This document shows, in pieces, positions 61,050-64,000 of a stretch of DNA of 64,000 nucleotides. The DNA lies in contig CM108484.1 of NCBI GenBank assembly GCA_048537945.1, positions 8,995,785 to 9,059,784 of the forward strand, given 5' to 3'. The notes under the pieces were generated by a model, which worked only from the letters and a program-made list of their open reading frames with translations, searched no databases and was not told the DNA's origin. Made by a program: the position numbers and the translations under genes. How positions within the stretch are numbered: the stretch's first letter is position 1; the number at the start of each line of letters is the position of its first letter. This stretch comes from Mnemiopsis leidyi. Lineage: Eukaryota.

Positions 61050-61760
61050 TCCAGTGCCGAAATTTTCAAACTCGCTCGCAGATGCTGGACGATAGCTACA
61101 TCGCGCGGCGCCACGTGACCAAAACAGCACGCGTTTGAGTCACGTGGCGTGAGTCACATGCGCAACCGCTCGACCAATCTCATTCTACGGCACTTTTCTG
61201 CCGTAAAACTCGAGGTTTTTCCACCTACTGTCGCCAGGCCAGAAATGCGTGACAGCGCGTGATGGCCGCGACAGTAGGTTATCAACCTACAAACACAAAC
61301 CTGAAAATCGAAATCTTCCAAGCGAAAGGGCCCTGGTTAGAGTTGTCGCGGTGATACCCGACTCACGCAGCTAAAGCTGAACGTTTCGTTAGAACGTTAG
61401 ACGGATGCATGTCGTTGCCGCGTGCCCCAAAAATTTTCAATTTCAAATTTATTTGACGAGATGATATCCGGTCCGTTTAACATTCTAAGGAGAGCAGCAA
61501 ACTGCGCGGGGAGCCGTATAACGCGAGTCGGGTAACACCTAAACAAAAATTTGTTAAAACTTTGAGAACGTGAGACTAGACAAGCGTGCCCCACCAAACG
61601 AAACACCAGATGTGGCAGAAAAATTCTAGCTGCGCGGTGCATGAGCCCAGCCACCGCGCGCGCGGCGTAAGAACCCTGCACATATAAAGCACTAGCACCT
61701 GTATGAGCTTTTGCGTCGCGCGTCCGTCCTAATTTCGCGCTAAGCTTGCACAAGGTCATA
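61050..61760. promoter_or_regulatory. CpG-rich island in an otherwise AT-rich window. It carries two TGAGTCAC motifs (TRE/AP-1-like), one directly abutting a CACGTG E-box (gagtcacgtggcg), plus an inverted CACGTG E-box pair, a CCAAT box and long GCGC runs.
   Basis: Composition and motifs were read directly. ORF 61397-61759(-) shows no coding periodicity and is considered an artefact. No associated gene was identified. Confidence 0.25.
61341..61400. repeat. Inverted partner of the 50940-50998 repeat
   Basis: See 50940-50998. Confidence 0.6.
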
Positions 61761-62392
61761 CGTGTTCACTGTTCAGCAAGTCTCGGACAAAGTCCGGGTA
61801 ATTGTGTATAGCAACTGTTAAATAAAATGCAAATGAGACCATAACTATTAAGAACTCATAATTACACGTAAACTGCACTGTGTGCCTATTATTAAATATG
61901 AACAAACTAAATGTAGTTCTTGATATATGAAAATCCCATCAGTGATCTTAGCAATATTTTTAAGCAGCTAATGGATGAGAATTACAATTTTGGAGAATTG
62001 GATGTTGAATGTTGAAGAAATAAGGACTGAGCTTTGAATCTTTGTCGAGTCTTTGGTCTCCAAAATTACACTTATAATTGTCTTATTGATTGCAACGGAC
62101 CAGTCAAGTTACCATAAAGTAAAACTTCATTAATAAAGACTATCAACTATGGGAAAGAATTGTGAGAAAGCATGAAACCTGTTTGATATTGCCCCAGTAA
62201 ACGAACATTTAGATTATGCATTATTTAGACAAAGATTGTATAAAGCGGAAGAGTCGACACTTAAATTAGGATATGAGAGAAAGATAAAAATACTATCCTT
62301 AAGATAAGCTGTAAGCTGCTTTATTCCTACTTATTTTGTATTTTGTTACACCTGTACCCAGGCTTTTACAGTTATACTGAAGGGGCTCCTGG

Positions 62393-62671
62393 CAGCGGCG
62401 TAAAGATGCCCCGGCCACCCCGTCTACGCCGGGGGCGCCGTCATCAGGGGGCGCCAAATCGTCATAAAAAATATGGGACAATTTTACAAGATTAACTGCG
62501 CGACTAGCAAAATCGCGTATTTGGTTTAATAACTTCACTATTTATTTAGATTTTTCGGCCATTTTTTCAAAAATTCCTTCAAGTAAGCCCTTACACCGGG
62601 GTGCCAATAAGGGGCGCATTTTCATCGCCGAGGGGCGCCATATTGGCTAGACCTACTACGTTACGCCACTG
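62393..62671 (-). mobile_element. Second copy of the hAT-type MITE (279 bp), in inverted orientation. Perfect 8-bp TSD GCTCCTGG.
   Basis: TIRs are cagcggcgtaaag...cgttacgccactg. The TSD lies at 62385-62392 and 62672-62679. The internal sequence is about 90 percent identical to 49527-49817. Confidence 0.75.
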
Positions 62672-64000
62672 GCTCCTGGAAGATTTAAGATCTTTTAACC
62701 CTCCTCATTTAACCCTCAATCACGGTTTCCTGGTCATTCGGCTGAGTCGACCGAAGAAGATTTTACCGCCAAAGAGGGCCTTGTTGGTTTTACCGCCGGT
62801 TTCATATAATTGTATAATTCTATGGCTGGGGCATTTTGCACAATTAATATGTTTACTATACCTAATTTATATGATTCTTGTTGTAATTTGCTGGTTGTTC
62901 TTTTGTTAAAGATACAATTAAAAAGAGTTTACTAAAAATACAGTGTAGTCATGGCACTGTAGACTGGTCTGAACTGAACTTTGACTTCAATGAACTTTCC
63001 TTTTAAGAGTGAAGAATAAAAGAATATGAAAACAATCAGCCTGGCCTCGCCACATAGTATTTTGTATGCGTCTGAAAGTTGAAACATAACCAACTAAATC
63101 TGGCCTGTTCCACTTGCCATCTTTACCATTTTCTCATGCCAACTCCTCAATCCACTTAGAAATCTAATATAATATAACGTCTAAGCAGTACGAACTCGAG
63201 ACTCTGAGTAATTGAGTCGCTCAAACACATACTATTGTTTAGTCAAAATACGGAAGACGCTAATTATTTTGACAAAAGACTATGAAAAGCAAATCTTTCA
63301 TAGCGCGATAACGTCGCGCGCTGTTATATATGTAGACCCTTGTTTACAATATTGCGTCAACAACTGGCACATTGCAACATGTGCATGTTTGTTTTTTAAG
63401 AGTTAACACAGTGTAAACGTGTGACAAGTAAATCCTGAAAATGGCACAACGGAACTTTACTTTACTTTAGCTGAGATTAACAAAATCCTGATTAACACCC
63501 ACAGATATTAAGACATGGCAAACTCCGACCGCAGTGGTAAAGGCGATACCCCCCCTTTTTTTCTCGGTTTATGTTCGTTGTGTAATTTCATTTTGATTTT
63601 TTATTTAACTTTCATCTTACCTTTGCTAGATATTCGCTCTTTTTTGTAAGCAACAATGAACTGTGACTTTACATTAAATGTGAGCCGTGCTAATAACATC
63701 CTAAGGCAGGGACTTACAATGAGATTATAGAACAGCAAAGTATTTGGTAAAGCTTGCTCAATAATCCCGCCGTCCTGGCGGTGTGTGTCCACCATGGATA
63801 TTATTGGTTAATTCATGTCTAAAGTGCCGCTCGCTCGTGCTGACTAATGCAACTACAAGCACACCAAGTTCGTAAACTAATCTACTTTATATTAGCAAAG
63901 TTAGGTTGGGAGATGTGTATTATATCGTATGACTACCATCCGCATCCTCACAGTTGTCGACGCGGACCAATATTATTAATAAGAGTCGCGTCAGCAATTG

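Noticed and set aside
61397-61759. 120-aa GC-rich ORF
   Set aside because: It sits in a CpG island of alternating GC composition. There is no codon periodicity and no recognisable domain.

Overview
This window is eukaryotic, not prokaryotic. It is AT-rich and carries multi-exon genes with canonical GT-AG introns, CCAAT/TATA promoters, minisatellites, a ~180-bp satellite and several classes of transposable elements. It is most likely from an invertebrate metazoan. There are no operons, CRISPR arrays, rRNA or tRNA genes.

Nearly all recognisable genes are on the minus strand:
- a tentative leucine-zipper (TSC22-box-like) 3' gene fragment (828-1372)
- an intronless, divergent Drp1-like dynamin GTPase (4245-6362)
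- a complete 16-exon PWP2/UTP1 gene (24975-36328), a WD40 ribosome-biogenesis factor
- two unrecognised single-ORF genes: a 197-aa K-rich coiled-coil protein (37158-37751) and a 481-aa S/P-rich disordered protein (39243-40688)
- an MSS4/RABIF Rab-GEF homologue (41381-41905)
- a 6-exon Rab3-like GTPase immediately upstream of it (43452-45503)

Repeats and mobile DNA:
- a 1.7-kb foldback inverted repeat in the dynamin 5' flank
- a ~180-bp satellite in two subfamily blocks flanking a FLYWCH-zinc-finger transposase fragment (Mutator-like, MULE) that keeps a CCAAT/TATA promoter
- a 60-copy 30-bp minisatellite
- two minisatellites hugging PWP2 exon 8 whose units mimic splice sites
- a Tc1-type miniature inverted-repeat element (MITE) with TA target-site duplication (TSD)
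- an internally deleted hAT element with a perfect 8-bp TSD that retains only the dimerization-domain ORF
- two copies of a ~285-bp hAT-type MITE with perfect 8-bp TSDs, one nested inside a non-LTR retrotransposon (LINE) RNase H domain
- a decayed Tc1/mariner transposase pseudogene
- several palindromes, microsatellites and CpG-rich islands

All calls come from manual translation and motif reading. No database searches were run.
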